A DNA stretch of 64,000 bases from Candidatus Kapaibacterium sp. (lineage in GTDB: Bacteria > Bacteroidota > Ignavibacteria > Kapaibacteriales > UBA2268): positions 480,001 to 544,000 of the forward strand of contig OY761611.1 in NCBI GenBank assembly GCA_963664875.1, written 5' to 3'. The notes beneath the pieces are model-generated. The model was not told the DNA's origin and did no database searches. It saw nothing but the letters and a program-made list of their open reading frames with translations. The stretch's first letter is position 1. Each line of letters begins with the position of its first letter. The position numbers and the translations under genes are program-made. This document shows positions 33,093-42,738 of this stretch, piece after piece.

Positions 33093-34376
33093 TTAAATCT
33101 TATTAAGCAGAGCAATCATCTCACCAGTTAGATAAAACGAGCCAACAATGATTGTATCGTAATTAGAATCTATTTTTGATAAAGCTGATTTTGTGTTTGT
33201 TGTAACAGCAACTGATGTAAAACCTTTTTTTAGTGCAAGCTCTTCAATTTCCTTTACGTTTGCAGCCCTATCAATTTCAGGTTTTGTTATAATTAGATTT
33301 CTACAAACAGGCTTTATAATATCTAATATTTTAGAAATATCTTTGTCTTTCATAATAGCGAAAACGAAGTCATAAGTTTTAGTATTGAGATGTAAATCTA
33401 AAGTTTCTATCAATCTTGCTACCGCTGCTTCATTATGGGAAGAATCTATAATTAGCATAGGTTCTGTGCTTAGTAACTCTATTCTTGTATGCAAATCTGT
33501 ATTAGATTTCAGGTTCTTAATACCATCCATTACATTTTCTAAAGAGATTTCGAGTCCACTATACATCAGTGTAGTAATTGCAAGTTCAAGATTGTCAACT
33601 TGGTGTTCCCCGGGAAGCGGAAGATTGGTATAAGCCAAATTCCCATTAAAGTTGATGCAGACTTCCGTAGTAAGATCTTTATGATATTGATGCTGAATTA
33701 CAGTTTCTTCCTCAGGCGCATAGTAATATCTGACATCTTTCATTCGAGAAGCTATTTTAAATATCTCCTCTCTTACTTCTGTTGTATTTTTAGCTAATAC
33801 TACAGGTACATTGGGTTTAATAATACCTGCCTTTTCATAAGCTATTTTGTCAATAGTATCACCTAGATATTCCTGATGTTCCAAACTGATAGAAGTAATT
33901 GCAGAAACTATTGGTTCGATAATATTAGTAGCATCGTATCTACCTCCCATTCCGGTTTCTATTACAGCTATATCTATCTTTTGTTCTTGAAAATATTTAA
34001 ACGCAATAGCTGTAGTTATCTCGAAGAAAGTAGCTCCGATTTGTGCCGGAAAATGGAGTAATTGCTGAGCAAGTCTAATTAGTTCGGAATCTGGTATTTT
34101 GACACCATCTATTCTTATTCTCTCATTGAAGTCAACTAAATGTGGAGAAGTATATAGTCCTACTCTATATCCTGCTTCCATCAGAACTGAAGCTATTACG
34201 GAGCTTGTAGAACCTTTTCCGTTAGTACCGGCTATATGTATTGTCTTATAACTATTGTGGGGATTACCCAAGAATTCGGAAATTGTAGATATTCGCTCCA
34301 AGCCCGGTTTGATTCCGAATCTATGGAGAGCATATAGTTCGCTTAATATTTCTTGTTTTTGCATATTTATACTCAA
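33093..34376 (-). CDS. folC: Dihydrofolate synthase/folylpolyglutamate synthase
   Basis: 'HIAGTNGKGS', 'YTSPHL..FNERI', 'ETGMGGRYDATN', 'EKAGIIK', 'GSFYL'. Confidence 0.97.
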   Translation of the reverse strand: MSINMQKQEILSELYALHRFGIKPGLERISTISEFLGNPHNSYKTIHIAGTNGKGSTSSVIASVLMEAGYRVGLYTSPHLVDFNERIRIDGVKIPDSELIRLAQQLLHFPAQIGATFFEITTAIAFKYFQEQKIDIAVIETGMGGRYDATNIIEPIVSAITSISLEHQEYLGDTIDKIAYEKAGIIKPNVPVVLAKNTTEVREEIFKIASRMKDVRYYYAPEEETVIQHQYHKDLTTEVCINFNGNLAYTNLPLPGEHQVDNLELAITTLMYSGLEISLENVMDGIKNLKSNTDLHTRIELLSTEPMLIIDSSHNEAAVARLIETLDLHLNTKTYDFVFAIMKDKDISKILDIIKPVCRNLIITKPEIDRAANVKEIEELALKKGFTSVAVTTNTKSALSKIDSNYDTIIVGSFYLTGEMIALLNKI

Positions 34377-34409
34377 AAAAAAATCCTGTCAAAAATAACT
34401 GACAGGATT
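34376..34409 (-). terminator. Intrinsic terminator after nuoK
   Basis: AATCCTGTCA(34382-34391)/TGACAGGATT(34400-34409) stem plus U-tract. Confidence 0.8.
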
Positions 34410-34430
34410 ATAAATTCAAAAGAGCTTTTT

Positions 34431-34742
34431 TTACCATTTCATAATATTAACTTCGTCAACATATATAGACTGTTTTAATCTAAAGAGACCTAATACTATC
34501 GCAAGGCCAACCGCAGCTTCTGCAGCAGCAACTGCCATCACAAAAAATACAAAAATCTGTCCTGCTTGGTCACCCATAAATGCACTAAATGATACTAAAG
34601 TAAGATTAACAGCATTGAGCATAATCTCAATTGACATAAATATAATAATTGCATTTCTTCTTGTAAGCACTCCTATAGTACCAATTGTGAATAGTATGGC
34701 AGAAAGAGCTAAATAGTAATCTTGAGGTATATTTTCTAACAT
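34431..34742 (-). CDS. nuoK: NADH-quinone oxidoreductase subunit K
   Basis: '[20 protein letters not shown]', '[17 protein letters not shown]'. Confidence 0.97.
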   Translation of the reverse strand: MLENIPQDYYLALSAILFTIGTIGVLTRRNAIIIFMSIEIMLNAVNLTLVSFSAFMGDQAGQIFVFFVMAVAAAEAAVGLAIVLGLFRLKQSIYVDEVNIMKW

Positions 34743-34754
34743 TTTTTTTCTCTC

Positions 34755-35264
34755 CTAATCTATTTTCTTTTTAGCAAGCATAACAGCACCTACAATGGCA
34801 GCTAATAGCAAAAATGAGATAGCTTCAAATGGGATTATATAGTTTGTATATAGTTCTTTTCCTATCGCTTCGGCAGTTCCTATTTTCAGAGAAGCCGTTG
34901 GTAAAACGTTTATAACATCCGGGTTGACCAAAAATGCACTAACTAACTGGAATACAAGTACTACTCCAAAAAGCGAAGCAAACACAAATCGTAGATTAAA
35001 TTTAAGTTTAAGCTTTTCTTCGTCGCCGAGGTTGAGAAGCATTATAACGAATACGACTAACACCATAATGGCACCGGCATAAACAAGAATTTGAACAATA
35101 GAGACAAATTCTGCATTAAGTGTCAAATATAATCCTGCAAGAGAAAAGAAATGGACTATAAGTGACATAGCAGATTTTACAGGATGTTTGCTTGCGATTG
35201 TAACTACAGCACTTGCAATAGCAAAGATTGCTAAAAACGCAAAAAATAGGCTTTGTAATTCCAC
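34755..35264 (-). CDS. nuoJ: NADH-quinone oxidoreductase subunit J
   Basis: 'HPVKSA', 'QILVYAGAIMVL..FVIMLL', 'PFEAISFLLLAAIVGA'. Confidence 0.97.
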   Translation of the reverse strand: MELQSLFFAFLAIFAIASAVVTIASKHPVKSAMSLIVHFFSLAGLYLTLNAEFVSIVQILVYAGAIMVLVVFVIMLLNLGDEEKLKLKFNLRFVFASLFGVVLVFQLVSAFLVNPDVINVLPTASLKIGTAEAIGKELYTNYIIPFEAISFLLLAAIVGAVMLAKKKID

Positions 35265-35326
35265 TTTAAATACTCATTTAGTTAAGCAAAATTTCTTATG
35301 ATAGACTATAACGAAAAACACAAGCT

Positions 35327-37603
35327 TTAATTTTTAGAATTTTTTACCGATTCGACACCTCTAATCTCATAGATTCTTTCTATTAGATGGGTTATTTGGT
35401 TAATATCATTGAAGTTAATTGATATAATCCCCTCAAATACGGCATCGTTTGTGTCAAAACTTATTTTATTGATATTGATGTCTCCAAATTCAAGTATAGT
35501 ATTGGTAATTTCGTTCAGAATACTAGCTCTGTCTTCACCCTTTATGTGGAGTACAGAATCTTTAGTATCCTTAGACAAAATAAGATTCCAATCAATTTCT
35601 ACATTGCTCAGGCGTTCGTTTGATGGAATGTCTGTTATTTCAGGGCAATTCCTTTTATGAATCTTGAGGCTTCCGTCAGCTTGTCTGATAGCGACTATCT
35701 TGTCCTCTTTTTTTGGATTGCAACAAGATGCCAAAGAAGTAGTATCTGAGAGTATCTCTGTATTCTCTGAGTACTTATCCGAAATATCTTTCCTAATTAG
35801 CTCAGGGGCAGATCTAAACCCATCTTTTACTTTAAATTTTAAAATTTGGATGGCTTTATCAATTGAAAGCTCTCCATTGCCAATTGAATGATAAAAATCA
35901 TCAATTGTTGCAAGGTTGAACGAACGAATCAGATTCCTCTTCTCATTTTCTTCTAGTCTTATACTCTCTCTTTTAATAGCAGCTTCAAACAACATTTTAC
36001 CGTTGTCTATATTTTGCAACCTACAATCTTTGATATACTTATGTATAATCTGTTTTGCTTTATTGGTAGTTGTATATTTTAACCAATCAGGATTTGGAGC
36101 TTGTTTTTTAGATGTTAGAATTTCAATTCTGTCTCCATTCTGAAGAGTGTAATCCAAAGGTACAATTTTGCCATTTACTTTTGCACCTATGCACGAAAAA
36201 CCAATTTCACTATGAATATCGAAAGCAAAATCGAGAGGAGTAGAGTATTTAGGAAGCGATCTAAACTCATTAGTTGGAGTAAATACAAGAATTTCATCAG
36301 TAAATATGCCTTTAGGAAGGTGCTCAAGTACTTCTTTGCTGTTGTGTTCGCCAATATTCTCAAATATTTCTCTTACCGCATTTACCCATGATTTGATATC
36401 ATCGTCATCCATAACAGACTGAGCAGTTTTTATCCCACTCTTATACACAAAGTGTGCTGCTACGCCGTTTTCCGCGTAGTCATGCATCTGTCTGGTTCTT
36501 ATTTGTACCTCAACTGCCTTCCCCCCGGGACCGATTAGGCCCGTATGGATAGATTGATAACCATTTTTTTTCGGTGAAGATATGTAGTCTTTAAAAGTTT
36601 CCGGAACCGGTGGATATATTGCTGCAATAAGTCCGTAAACATAAAAACACATATACGGATCGTCAGTATCTACAATTATGCGAGCTGCAAACAAGTCATA
36701 TAATTCGTCCATATTTTTTTGACGAGCTTTCATTTTATTGAAAATTGAGTAAATATGCTTAGCTCGACCTTTAATCTCACTCTCAATCTTTAAGCGTTTA
36801 AGGAATTTATCAGACTTGAGCTTTGCTATTATAGGTGCCTTCAAATTTTCAATATATTGTTCTCTTTCTTGCCTGGTACTCGACAATTTGTTTTTAATAG
36901 CATTATACTCTTCATGATTCAGTATTTTGAAAGATAAATCCTCTAATTCCCATTTTAAAGAACGAATACCAAAACGATTGGCAAAAGGAGAATAAATTTC
37001 CATTGTTTCTTTGGCAATTCGGTGTTGCATCTCCGGAGACAGATATTCCAAAGTTCTCATGTTATGCAGTCTATCAGCCAACTTGATCAAAATAATACGT
37101 ACATCTTTGAATAATGAAAGTATAAGTTTGCGATATTTTTCTAAATGGTTAAGTCTGTCTATAGTATATTTTTCTATGTACTTTATTTTGTTTATCCCAT
37201 CTACAATGTTGGCAACATCTTTTCCAAATTCTTGCTTTAAAATGTCAAAGCTGTATTTGTCGGTTTCATTCAGCACATCATGCAACAATGCAGAAATTAC
37301 AGACGTAAAATCGAGAGGTATTTCAGTAATTACAATTTTTGCAACAGTCAGAGGATGTTTGTAGTACTCTTCCCCGGATTTTCTATACTTGTTTTTATGT
37401 ACATCAATACATGTATAAAATGCTTTCCGTAGAAGTTTAGGGTCGAAGTCTGTGAAGGTGGATTTACAAAGCTCAGAAAGTTCCCTGAACTCTCTATCTG
37501 TTTCTGACTCTTCCTTCTTGGTAAACAGAGATATATATTTATCTTTTAGATAATTAGCATTTTTTTCGATATTAGAAACAGTAGCTTGTTTATCTTCTGT
37601 CAT
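35327..37603 (-). CDS. Long RelA/SpoT homologue (HD-SYNTH-TGS-ZFD-ACT)
   Basis: 'RKSGE..Y..HP', 'LLHD', 'KLADRLHNMRT', 'KDYI..PK.NGYQSIHT', 'EVQIRT', TGS 'TPLDFAF.IH', 'CC.P..H..C'. Confidence 0.95.
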   Translation of the reverse strand: MTEDKQATVSNIEKNANYLKDKYISLFTKKEESETDREFRELSELCKSTFTDFDPKLLRKAFYTCIDVHKNKYRKSGEEYYKHPLTVAKIVITEIPLDFTSVISALLHDVLNETDKYSFDILKQEFGKDVANIVDGINKIKYIEKYTIDRLNHLEKYRKLILSLFKDVRIILIKLADRLHNMRTLEYLSPEMQHRIAKETMEIYSPFANRFGIRSLKWELEDLSFKILNHEEYNAIKNKLSSTRQEREQYIENLKAPIIAKLKSDKFLKRLKIESEIKGRAKHIYSIFNKMKARQKNMDELYDLFAARIIVDTDDPYMCFYVYGLIAAIYPPVPETFKDYISSPKKNGYQSIHTGLIGPGGKAVEVQIRTRQMHDYAENGVAAHFVYKSGIKTAQSVMDDDDIKSWVNAVREIFENIGEHNSKEVLEHLPKGIFTDEILVFTPTNEFRSLPKYSTPLDFAFDIHSEIGFSCIGAKVNGKIVPLDYTLQNGDRIEILTSKKQAPNPDWLKYTTTNKAKQIIHKYIKDCRLQNIDNGKMLFEAAIKRESIRLEENEKRNLIRSFNLATIDDFYHSIGNGELSIDKAIQILKFKVKDGFRSAPELIRKDISDKYSENTEILSDTTSLASCCNPKKEDKIVAIRQADGSLKIHKRNCPEITDIPSNERLSNVEIDWNLILSKDTKDSVLHIKGEDRASILNEITNTILEFGDININKISFDTNDAVFEGIISINFNDINQITHLIERIYEIRGVESVKNSKN

Positions 37604-37816
37604 ATTTATTCTCAACTTAATTACTGTCTTTGACGATTATACTTGATATCATACCCAAAATACGAAGTTTTCAGCTTTATCAAAAAAAGATAAAACAATA
37701 TTTGGCAGGAAACACCCTCTAAATTATAAGAAGATTTTATTTATAAATATTTTGTAGTTTTGGGAATAGAATTTCTACTTTAATAAATATAATCGATCCC
37801 TTAACTCGATAATAAT

Positions 37817-38080
37817 ATGCAAAATTTTAAATTAGGGCCAAAAACATTCTTCGAAGAATTGGCAATAGACAACCATCTTCGGGAATATATAGACACAAAT
37901 ACTACAATACTAAAAAAGTATAACGAAGATAAATTGTTCAGAGACGAGATGTTGCATCTTCTCTATATACATTCTGATAGTTTCCAAAAAGATGTTGAGT
38001 ATGCAATCCTTGAAGATTTAAATAATACCTTATCCTATTTTTTAGACAAGATTGAAACATGGAACACAAACAATCAATAA
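37817..38080 (+). CDS. Small helical hypothetical protein
   Basis: 87-aa ORF in otherwise non-coding space; TAGTTTTG -7 element at 37755-37762; overlaps the next ORF. Confidence 0.6.
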   Translation: MQNFKLGPKTFFEELAIDNHLREYIDTNTTILKKYNEDKLFRDEMLHLLYIHSDSFQKDVEYAILEDLNNTLSYFLDKIETWNTNNQ

Positions 38081-39060
38081 GTCCTGAATTGAATGAACTC
38101 CTAAAAAAAGTAAAATTTCAGGCTGATCAATACAACAAAGCTTTCGAAATATTGAACCGCAGAATTGCTGAGTTTGATTCAACGAGAATCGAAATAAATT
38201 CTCATGCAGCTCATTTTAAAAACGAGTTGTCTCAAATTTTGGAAAAGTTAAACACTTCATACTCACAAAAAGAAAATGCTCTTGAAAAAAGCATAACTGC
38301 AGCAAATAATCTGACCGGAGAGCTTCAGTCGCTAAAAACTTTGCAAGACAATGTTAAAACCGGAATTTTAACTCTTTCCGATACTTTAGAAAATCATTCT
38401 AATGAGCTGAATCAACTCAAATTATACTCACAAGAGTTTGTCAAAGAAGCTTACATCAAACTTGACGATACACTTGAGTACCTTAAACAAAAAATTAGTT
38501 CTACTCTTGAGAAAGAATCCCAAGCGATAGAAGAGAGAGTAAATAATAGAATCCAATACTTAGAAGAGAATTTAAAAAAGGGCGATAAAATATTAAATTC
38601 GAGGCACGAAAAGTTACAGAACGAAATTAAGCTCTTAAAAAAGGAAATACTCGCAATAAAAGAAGTATCCGGATTAGGCAATAGTAATTCTCTAATGAAT
38701 GACAAAATAAATTTCAGATTCGAAAATATCGAAGATAGCCTGAAAGAATTGAAAGCACTTTCTGATGCGATTATGCAAAACATTGCTATTCTTAATTCTG
38801 CTGAATCAGAGGAGATTTTAGCTGATGGCTCTGATAAAATGAGTTCTGATAGCACAGAAATATTTACCGGTGCTAAAATCCATGACGTAGAAGTAGAAGA
38901 ATTGCAAACTACGATGAAAAAGTATGCTTCTACAATTCAAGAATTTCAATATCTCAAACAAAAATCTCTAAGTGCTGAAAAAAGATCAGGAATTAGTATG
39001 ATTCTTTCCGTATTTGCAATTTTGAGCATATTAATGATACTATTCCTCTTCCTCATCTGA
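38059..39060 (+). CDS. Coiled-coil protein with C-terminal membrane anchor
   Basis: Heptad-rich K/E/L/N/S sequence; terminal hydrophobic stretch 'ISMILSVFAILSILMILFLFLI'. Confidence 0.7.
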   Translation: MEHKQSISPELNELLKKVKFQADQYNKAFEILNRRIAEFDSTRIEINSHAAHFKNELSQILEKLNTSYSQKENALEKSITAANNLTGELQSLKTLQDNVKTGILTLSDTLENHSNELNQLKLYSQEFVKEAYIKLDDTLEYLKQKISSTLEKESQAIEERVNNRIQYLEENLKKGDKILNSRHEKLQNEIKLLKKEILAIKEVSGLGNSNSLMNDKINFRFENIEDSLKELKALSDAIMQNIAILNSAESEEILADGSDKMSSDSTEIFTGAKIHDVEVEELQTTMKKYASTIQEFQYLKQKSLSAEKRSGISMILSVFAILSILMILFLFLI

Positions 39061-39819
39061 TATTTCCAGAAGACCATAGTTGTTTTCAATTTGACTTTGA
39101 AGAGTTTCGTCTATCTCAAAAGTAATTATCTCTTTATCAGAATTATCGTATTCCATTAGAGCAAGTTCTTCGAGTTCTCTCAGTTTAGGTAGCTCTGATA
39201 AATTTTTTAGTCCAAATTGGCGTAGAAATTCATCAGTTGTGCCATATAATAGAGGTTTTCCAAGTGCATCACTTCTTCCAACCATTTTTACGAAATCTTT
39301 TTCTATTAAGGAGTTTACCACTTCGTTCGAGTTCACACCTCTGATTTGCTCAATTTCCGGTTTAGAAACAGGCTGCCGATAGGCTACAATAGCTAATGTT
39401 TCTAATGCTGCTTTAGAGAGCCTTTTTTTTGTCTTCAATTTTAACAGGTTTTGTACTATTTCGCCATACTCTTTTCTTGTTGCAAATTGGTATCCATTTG
39501 CAAAATTTACAATTTCATAAGGTCTTCCTGTTTCAGATAGCTCCTGATTGATTTCGCTGATTAGTTTTTCGATATCCTCCTTAGAGAAGTTGAATTTTTC
39601 TAAAACTTCTTTTTCAATCGAAGTCTGACTTGCTTTTTTAATATCGATGGTTCCATCATTATCGTCCAAAATTATATTGTCATAACCGACCATGATGTTA
39701 AATATTTGTTTCAAAGTCAGCGTTTCATCAGAAGCAAAAATCAAAGCTTCAAGAGATGCTTTTTGCTGGGCTTTATCAAGAGTAAGAAACAAAGGCACAT
39801 TGTCTAAGCTATTCATCAT
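39040..39819 (-). CDS. scpB: SMC-Scp complex subunit ScpB
   Basis: 'LEALIFAS', 'LSKAALETLAIVAYRQP...IEQIRGV', 'LYGTT.EFL..FGL'. Confidence 0.96.
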   Translation of the reverse strand: MMNSLDNVPLFLTLDKAQQKASLEALIFASDETLTLKQIFNIMVGYDNIILDDNDGTIDIKKASQTSIEKEVLEKFNFSKEDIEKLISEINQELSETGRPYEIVNFANGYQFATRKEYGEIVQNLLKLKTKKRLSKAALETLAIVAYRQPVSKPEIEQIRGVNSNEVVNSLIEKDFVKMVGRSDALGKPLLYGTTDEFLRQFGLKNLSELPKLRELEELALMEYDNSDKEIITFEIDETLQSQIENNYGLLEISDEEEE

Positions 39820-40543
39820 CTATTCCTATTTCTTTTGGTTCTGAAATGATAATATCTTCGAATGAGGATTCTTGAAATATATAAATTTGGTTTGCCTTAA
39901 CTAATTCAAGTATTGCAAGAAAAGAAGCAACCACATGCTCATTATTCAAATCTGTAGTTATCTCAAAAAAAGATAATCTTTTTGACTTCAGAAGTTTTTG
40001 TAACAGCACTTCTTTTTTTTCATCGACTGTAACAGGTATTATTTCTACAATATGCTCTAAATCAACATCTTTAAGTCTGCCTACTACATTTTGGAATGCC
40101 TTAATCAAATCAAACAGAGAAGCATTTTTATATCCTGCTTCTTTTGCAGCATGATAATATTCGGCACTAAATTGCTGTTTATAGAATGTATAGCGTTGAG
40201 CTTCGTACATCTCATCTATTTCAGTTCCTGCTTCTTTAAACTGTTTATATTCGAGAAGTCTCTGTACTAATTGAGTTCTTGGATCTTCTGTGCTGTCATC
40301 TCCGTTATCAGAAGACTCTCTTGGCAATAATAACTGTGTTTTGATATACATCAGGTTAGCAGCCATAACCAAAAATTCGCCTGCAAGTTCTAAATCAAAT
40401 ATTTTCATGATATTGATATAATTGAGAAACTCTCTGGCTATCTTTGCTATAGGGATATCGTATATATTGATTTCGTCTCTCTTTATAAAAAACAAGAGTA
40501 AATCAAAAGGACCTTCAAAATTGGGAAGCTTTATTTTATACAT
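39809..40543 (-). CDS. scpA: Segregation and condensation protein A
   Basis: 'FEGPFDLLL', 'AGEFLVMAA.L..IK...LLP', 'LVQRLLEYK', 'FLAILEL'. Confidence 0.96.
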   Translation of the reverse strand: MYKIKLPNFEGPFDLLLFFIKRDEINIYDIPIAKIAREFLNYINIMKIFDLELAGEFLVMAANLMYIKTQLLLPRESSDNGDDSTEDPRTQLVQRLLEYKQFKEAGTEIDEMYEAQRYTFYKQQFSAEYYHAAKEAGYKNASLFDLIKAFQNVVGRLKDVDLEHIVEIIPVTVDEKKEVLLQKLLKSKRLSFFEITTDLNNEHVVASFLAILELVKANQIYIFQESSFEDIIISEPKEIGIDDE

Positions 40544-40588
40544 TTACTTTGTCGAAAATCATAAAAAACAAAAATACCAAAATCGCTT

Positions 40589-42670
40589 TTAAATAAGAAT
40601 ATTTGTTTTGGGAAATAAGACTCTGACAGTTGTACCACTACCTAAATTACTTGCTATTTCTATTGTGGCTTGATGCAAATCTGTAAACTCTTTGACAATC
40701 GTAAGACCCAATCCACTTCCCTTTTCATTTGCTGTTCCTACACGTGAGTATTTTTGGTCTATTTTAAATAGCTTTTCTATACTCTCTTTACTCATTCCAA
40801 TTCCTGTGTCAGCAACAGAAAGAATTACACATTCTTCGGCATTTTCCAGAGAAATGGATACCTTACCTCCGGGACTGGTAAACTTCAGAGAATTTGAAAG
40901 TAGGTTTCTGATGACAAATTCTATCATATCCTTATCTGCTTCTAATAGAATGTTGTCTGTTACATCTATTTTGAGTTCGATATTTTTTGTTTCCATATTC
41001 AATTCAAACGTTTCTGCGACAGAAACAAGTGTCTGAGATAAATTTATTTTTGTTTTGTTAAACTGCATCGAACCTGTTTGTGTTCTAGACCACATCAGTA
41101 AATTGTCAAATAGATACATCAAGCTATTTATAGATTGTTTAAATTTCTCGAATTTTTCGGGTATTTTGTGATACTCCCCTTTCTGGAAATAACTTTCTAT
41201 TATTGATAGCAACAAAGTCAGATTTGTAACCGGGTTTCTCATATCGTGTGATATGATAGAAAAGAATTTATCCTTCACAGAATTTAAGTTTGATAATTCC
41301 TGGTTTTGGTTCAATATCAAATCGTTTTGATGTTCGAGTTCAATATTTGCCTGTTCAATGACAACATTTTTTTCTTCTATAAGTTTTAGATTTCTATTTT
41401 TTGTTCTATAAAGCCAAAATATAAGAATAATTATTAGGGTCAATACTATAATAACTAAACTTAGTATATATAAATCGGCTTCCTTTTGAGTCATCTCCAA
41501 TTCTTGTATCTTTAACTGATTATCTTTTTTTTCGGTTTCATATTTTATTGTTAATTCGTTTATTTGCTTTATAGATTCTTGTGTAAGCACCGAATCTTTG
41601 AAATCGAAACTTAACTTGAGATAGTCATAAGCTTTTTTGTGTTCACCGATTTCTTTATAAAACTCTGATTTATCGCTATAAATGTAGCTGAGATGTTGAT
41701 AATCTTGAATTTTGATTGCCATATTTTCTGCGATTTCAAAATAATGAAGAGCTGAATCATTTTTGTTGGCAGCAAAAAACGAAACAGCCAGACTATGATA
41801 TATTTCCATAAGACCATCATTGTTATCTGTTTCTTTGAAAAGATTTAAAGCTTTTATGTAATAATAATTTGCATTTTCATAGCTCTTTAGATTTTGATAA
41901 GTAGCTGCAATATTTTGATAAATATTTGCAAGCAAAGAAGAATTGCCCAAATATTTTGTGCAGTCTAAAGCAGCTTTATAGTTTTCTAATGCTTTTTGGT
42001 ATTCGCCTAGATAATGATATATATTTCCTATATTGGTGTTAGCAGCTGCCTCGGAGTACTTATCTCCTGTTTTCCTTTGAATGTTGAGTGCTTTTTCGAA
42101 AAACTGTATTGATTTTTCTAACTCCCCTAGTCGCAAGTAAACATTACCAATATTGTTTAATGTTGCTCCATGATTCTCATGAATTTTAGTTTGATTTGAA
42201 TTATCATGAAGAAGAATTTTCTCAAAAAGATTGTCTGAAATAATGTAACTCTTTAAAGCTTCTTGGAATTTTGATTGTCGGTAGTAAACATCTCCGATAT
42301 TTCTGTTTAATGCAGCCACTTCGAGCGTGTCATTTTTTTGGGTAAAAAATTGCAATATTTCGTTGTATGTCTTTAAGGCTTTATCATATTCTCTATTTAG
42401 AGAGTATATCATACCATAATTTCTTTTTGCCTTATAGAGTTTAAATGTATCTTTTTCATCGGTGGCAATATCTATAGCATTTTGTGCATATATTTTACTT
42501 TGTTCTGAATCAATTTCCCAGAGCAATGAGGATAATTTGCAATAAACTGAGTATTTGTCGCTCGCATCATCATCCAATAAGGATCTAAGACTATCTAACT
42601 GATCCGCTTGAAGTTGTTGTGATAGAAATAATAGTATTAAAAAGTAAAATATGTGTCTCATGGCTTGCAC
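40589..42670 (-). CDS. TPR-containing membrane sensor histidine kinase
   Basis: Signal peptide; periplasmic TPRs; 'KYETEKK'; TM helix; 'SHDMRNP'; 'SNSLKF'; 'DTGIGM'; 'GSGLGL'. Confidence 0.93.
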   Translation of the reverse strand: MQAMRHIFYFLILLFLSQQLQADQLDSLRSLLDDDASDKYSVYCKLSSLLWEIDSEQSKIYAQNAIDIATDEKDTFKLYKAKRNYGMIYSLNREYDKALKTYNEILQFFTQKNDTLEVAALNRNIGDVYYRQSKFQEALKSYIISDNLFEKILLHDNSNQTKIHENHGATLNNIGNVYLRLGELEKSIQFFEKALNIQRKTGDKYSEAAANTNIGNIYHYLGEYQKALENYKAALDCTKYLGNSSLLANIYQNIAATYQNLKSYENANYYYIKALNLFKETDNNDGLMEIYHSLAVSFFAANKNDSALHYFEIAENMAIKIQDYQHLSYIYSDKSEFYKEIGEHKKAYDYLKLSFDFKDSVLTQESIKQINELTIKYETEKKDNQLKIQELEMTQKEADLYILSLVIIVLTLIIILIFWLYRTKNRNLKLIEEKNVVIEQANIELEHQNDLILNQNQELSNLNSVKDKFFSIISHDMRNPVTNLTLLLSIIESYFQKGEYHKIPEKFEKFKQSINSLMYLFDNLLMWSRTQTGSMQFNKTKINLSQTLVSVAETFELNMETKNIELKIDVTDNILLEADKDMIEFVIRNLLSNSLKFTSPGGKVSISLENAEECVILSVADTGIGMSKESIEKLFKIDQKYSRVGTANEKGSGLGLTIVKEFTDLHQATIEIASNLGSGTTVRVLFPKTNILI

Positions 42671-42679
42671 TCAAAAAAA

Positions 42680-42717
42680 ATAAAAAAAGGCGATTCAAGT
42701 ATAACTTAATATCGCCT
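42680..42717 (-). terminator. Intrinsic terminator after sucC
   Basis: AGGCGAT(42688-42694)/ATCGCCT(42711-42717) stem followed by a long U-tract on the minus strand. Confidence 0.7.
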
Positions 42718-42738
42718 ATTTTCCAAATATTTGAGCTA

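Noticed and set aside
37784-37812. Sigma-28-like TAAA...CTCGATAA before the 87-aa ORF
   Set aside because: The spacing is 17 rather than 15 and it is too close to the ATG; a TAnnTTTG element explains the promoter better
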